Origin: Haliotis rubra
Lineage: Eukaryota
Direction of reading: 5' to 3'
NCBI RefSeq assembly: GCF_003918875.1
Contig: NW_025767333.1
Coordinates: forward strand, 1-64,000
Length of the DNA stretch: 64,000 nt
Positions 61,298 to 64,000 of this stretch are shown here, piece by piece (positions within the stretch are counted from its first letter, which is position 1; every line of letters begins with the position of its first letter). The position numbers were made by a program, and so were the translations under genes. The notes below the pieces were generated by a model. That model was not told the DNA's origin and made no database searches. It was given only the letters and a program-made list of their open reading frames with translations.

Positions 61298-61559
61298 GTT
61301 ACAGCGAGAGATATAAATGTGCAAACAGATATTAAAATATTCTGTATAATACGATTAAGAATGAACAGTTTTGTTAAGGAAAAATAGCTTTGATCAACAT
61401 CGATTTGAAGCGTTAATTGGCATGCAAAGAAAGTTTAATACAGATTTGTATTTGAGGGGGGCGTATTGCAAAGCGTTATTTTACCATTAGATTGTTTCAC
61501 CCTCTTCTGAAAGACTCGAGGGCAATCAGTCTGAAGCCATAGGCAAGTCACTATCTCCA

Positions 61560-62430
61560 GGATAAAGGAATACAAAAGCTACTGTGCTTATTTAACTGCA
61601 GTTCAATGTGATTGCAGGTAAAGGAATGCAAAAGCTACTGTGCTTATTTAACTGCAGTTCAATGTGATTGCAGGTAAAGGAATACATAAGCTACTGTGCT
61701 TATTTAACTGCAGTTCAATGTGATTGCAGGTAAAGGAATGCAAAAGCTACTGTGCTTATTTAACTGCAGTTCAATGTGATTGCAGGTAAAGGAATACAAA
61801 AGCTACTGTGCTTATTTAACTGCAGTTCAATGTGATTGCAGGTAAAGGAATGCAAAAGCTACTGTGCTTATTTAACTGCAGTTCAATGCAGTTCAATGTG
61901 ATTTAACTGCAGTTCAATGTGATTGCGGGTAAAAGGTGCTTATTTAACTGCAGTTCAATGTGACAGGTAAAGCATACTGTGCTTATTTAACTGCAGTTCA
62001 ATGTGATTGCAGGTAAAGGAATGCAAAGCTATTTAACTGCCAGTTCAATGTGATTGCAGGTAAGCTACTGTGCTTATTTAAGTGCAGTTCTTGTGATTGC
62101 AGGTAAAGGAATGCAAAAGCTACTGTGCTTATTTCAAGTTCAATGTGATTGCAGGTAAAGGAATACAAAAGCTACTGTGCTTATTTAACTGCAGTTCAAT
62201 GTGATTGCAGGTAAAGGAATACATAAGGCTACTGTGCTTATTTAACTGCAGTTCAATGTGATTGCAGGTAAAGGAATACATGTGTGCTTATTTAACTGCA
62301 GTACAATGTGATTGCAGGTAAAGGAATACAAAAGCTACTGTGCTTATTTAACCGCAGTTCAATGTGATTGCAGGTAAAGGAATACATAAGCTACTGTGCT
62401 TATTTAACTGCAGTTCAATGCGATTGCAGG
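61560..62430. repeat. 56-bp minisatellite, ~15 copies (degenerate middle)
   Basis: Unit gtaaaggaatacaaaagctactgtgcttatttaactgcagttcaatgtgattgcag. Confidence 0.95.
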
Positions 62431-62704
62431 ATAATGTATGCTATTTTCAAAAGGAACCAATGCAATTCTGTAGAAACCTACAAGTACCTGGCATTGTTGC
62501 GCTCACGATACTGCAACTATTGATTTCCCTGCATACACCTGGAAGCATGTAAGGACTGAAAAGTGCATCTACGTGTTCTTGTAGTCATGGGGTTTCAAAA
62601 TTGCACAGATTAATTTCGAAATGTGACTTGTGTAGAATTGTCGACGAGGAATCTGGCAAACCTTTCGTCAGACGTGCACATACTCTTCAGGAATTGTAAT
62701 GATT

Positions 62705-62902
62705 ATTTGTTTGCCACACGCAGCAATATTCTAACTATATATGTGGCGGCGGTCTGTAAACAATAGAGTCTGGACCAGACAATACAGCGATTGTAATGAG
62801 TATTTGCATCGACCCACGCACTTGGGATACGATGATATGTGTCAACCAAGTCAGCGAGCCTGACCACTCGATCCCGTTAGTCGCCTCTTACGACAAGCAT
62901 TG
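62705..62902 (-). mobile_element. SINE-like repeat family A
   Basis: Reverse-complement match to 61049-61297. Confidence 0.85.
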
Positions 62903-63134
62903 GGACCTATCTTGTTTTAGTTGTCTGTCACAGAATAGTGAACATTGAATTCGATACAAATCTTACACAAATTAACGTCACTCCGTGTGTGCAGCCCAAT
63001 AACAAACGATCCACGAACACCGTGCAGGATCTGATAATTGTACGATTTAGTGCCGCACACACATTCTTGCTGTGTGACATTGCATACACACATGATCAAC
63101 CTGAAATTATTTTTTAGTTGCTAAATGTTAAGAC

Positions 63135-63305
63135 TGACTGACTGACTGAGTTTGGATTTACGCCGCTTTTAGCAATATTCCAGCAACATCACGGCAGGGG
63201 ACACCAGAAATGGGCTTCACACATTGTGCCCATGTGGGGATTCGAACCCGGGTCTTCGGCGTGACGAGCCAACGCTTTAACCATAAGGCTACCCCACCGC
63301 CCCCC
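63135..63305 (-). mobile_element. tRNA-derived SINE family B with TSD
   Basis: Same family as 56496, with a (CAGT)n tail and flanking direct repeat aatgttaaga. Confidence 0.92.
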
Positions 63306-63535
63306 AATGTTAAGAGCATGTTCCACATCGCCGGAAGTCGTCTGCGTCACCGAACCTGACCACAAGATCCATTAAGACGCCTCTTTCGAAAAGCACAGCG
63401 ATGAATTCTTACTAGGTGTGGCGAAATTACATTACTAACACAAAAAAATCATCTGTATACATTTATCTAAGATTTGTAAACAGATCAGACGACAGCATTC
63501 ACCCATTGCCCGGAAGTAACATAATCAGCTGATAC

Positions 63536-64000
63536 TCAGGGTGGCCGTAAGGTTGAATTGAGATAGGTGTTGCAGAAGAAATAATATCGACCGGGACCAG
63601 TTTTCAGGTATGTCTGTAGTTTAAAAGGGTGCAGAAACACCCCTTTAGGGCTGTACATTTCTATATAGCGATCCCTGTTGTCCCACAAGCCAACATCTTT
63701 CACAAAATGTATAACCCGCCATCTCTGCAAGCCAAAGGCAATGTTAGCAAAACCTATCTCAATCATCACTTTATGTTTCAATAACAAATTTGCCATGATT
63801 GTGAAATTAGCTTTCAAAATGGCTGGCACATAAATAAAGTCGCAAGTCTGAATGAACAAATTTGTAAAATTACGGGAAACATTTTGAAAATTTCGTAAGA
63901 AACGATATTCAAGCCCTGCCTTTGTTCCGTGTTCTGCAGTATCCCGTATTTCGTTGAAAACAGCCTGTATTCTGGGTTTCACCTTTCTCCACCAACCCCA
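63536..64000 (-). CDS. 3' end of a STELLO/DUF288-like putative glycosyltransferase (runs off the window)
   Basis: Frame is open to the window edge: WGWW...CDFIYVP...HKVMIEIG...LWD.R...FLHPFKL, matching the W.WW / D..YVP / V..EI / HP.K pattern of animal DUF288 proteins. Confidence 0.6.
   Translation of the reverse strand, partial: WGWWRKVKPRIQAVFNEIRDTAEHGTKAGLEYRFLRNFQNVSRNFTNLFIQTCDFIYVPAILKANFTIMANLLLKHKVMIEIGFANIAFGLQRWRVIHFVKDVGLWDNRDRYIEMYSPKGVFLHPFKLQTYLKTGPGRYYFFCNTYLNSTLRPP

Noticed and set aside
61560-62430. TTGCAG|GTAAAG in every 56-bp unit, resembling recursive splice sites
   Set aside because: Weak polypyrimidine tract and no plus-strand gene known to span it; probably coincidental.

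Overview
Repeat-rich animal genomic DNA with spliceosomal genes; the SINE families suggest a gastropod mollusc, possibly abalone (inference only). From left to right: (1) a very large ankyrin-repeat gene (+, ~0.8-12 kb) containing a ~2 kb array of near-identical 33-codon units and many frameshifts; (2) micro- and minisatellites; (3) the last three coding exons of Drosha (RNase III, dsRBD) on the minus strand (19.8-22.0 kb), absent from the ORF track; (4) a ~17.1 kb full-length but decaying Polinton/Maverick endogenous virus (22484-39623). It has AGTAGT...ACTACT ends and ~0.8 kb TIRs, and encodes an rve integrase, penton, major capsid protein, adenain protease, packaging ATPase, a tandem PC4-like protein and a protein-primed PolB. 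The PolB N-terminus is assembled from GT-AG spliced mini-exons encoding four zinc fingers; (5) a Harbinger remnant and a 5.7 kb 30-bp satellite; (6) an intact 7-exon GH27 alpha-galactosidase/alpha-N-acetylgalactosaminidase gene (+, 48301-60157) with SINEs, an L2 fragment, Tc1 and pogo elements in its introns and a foldback MITE just after its stop codon; (7) the 3' end of a STELLO/DUF288-like gene (-). The strongest candidates for novelty are the intron-built zinc-finger leader of the Polinton polymerase, the double PC4 gene, and the Polinton sitting at the point where Drosha breaks off with no target-site duplication. All family calls come from motif recognition by eye; no database search was run.
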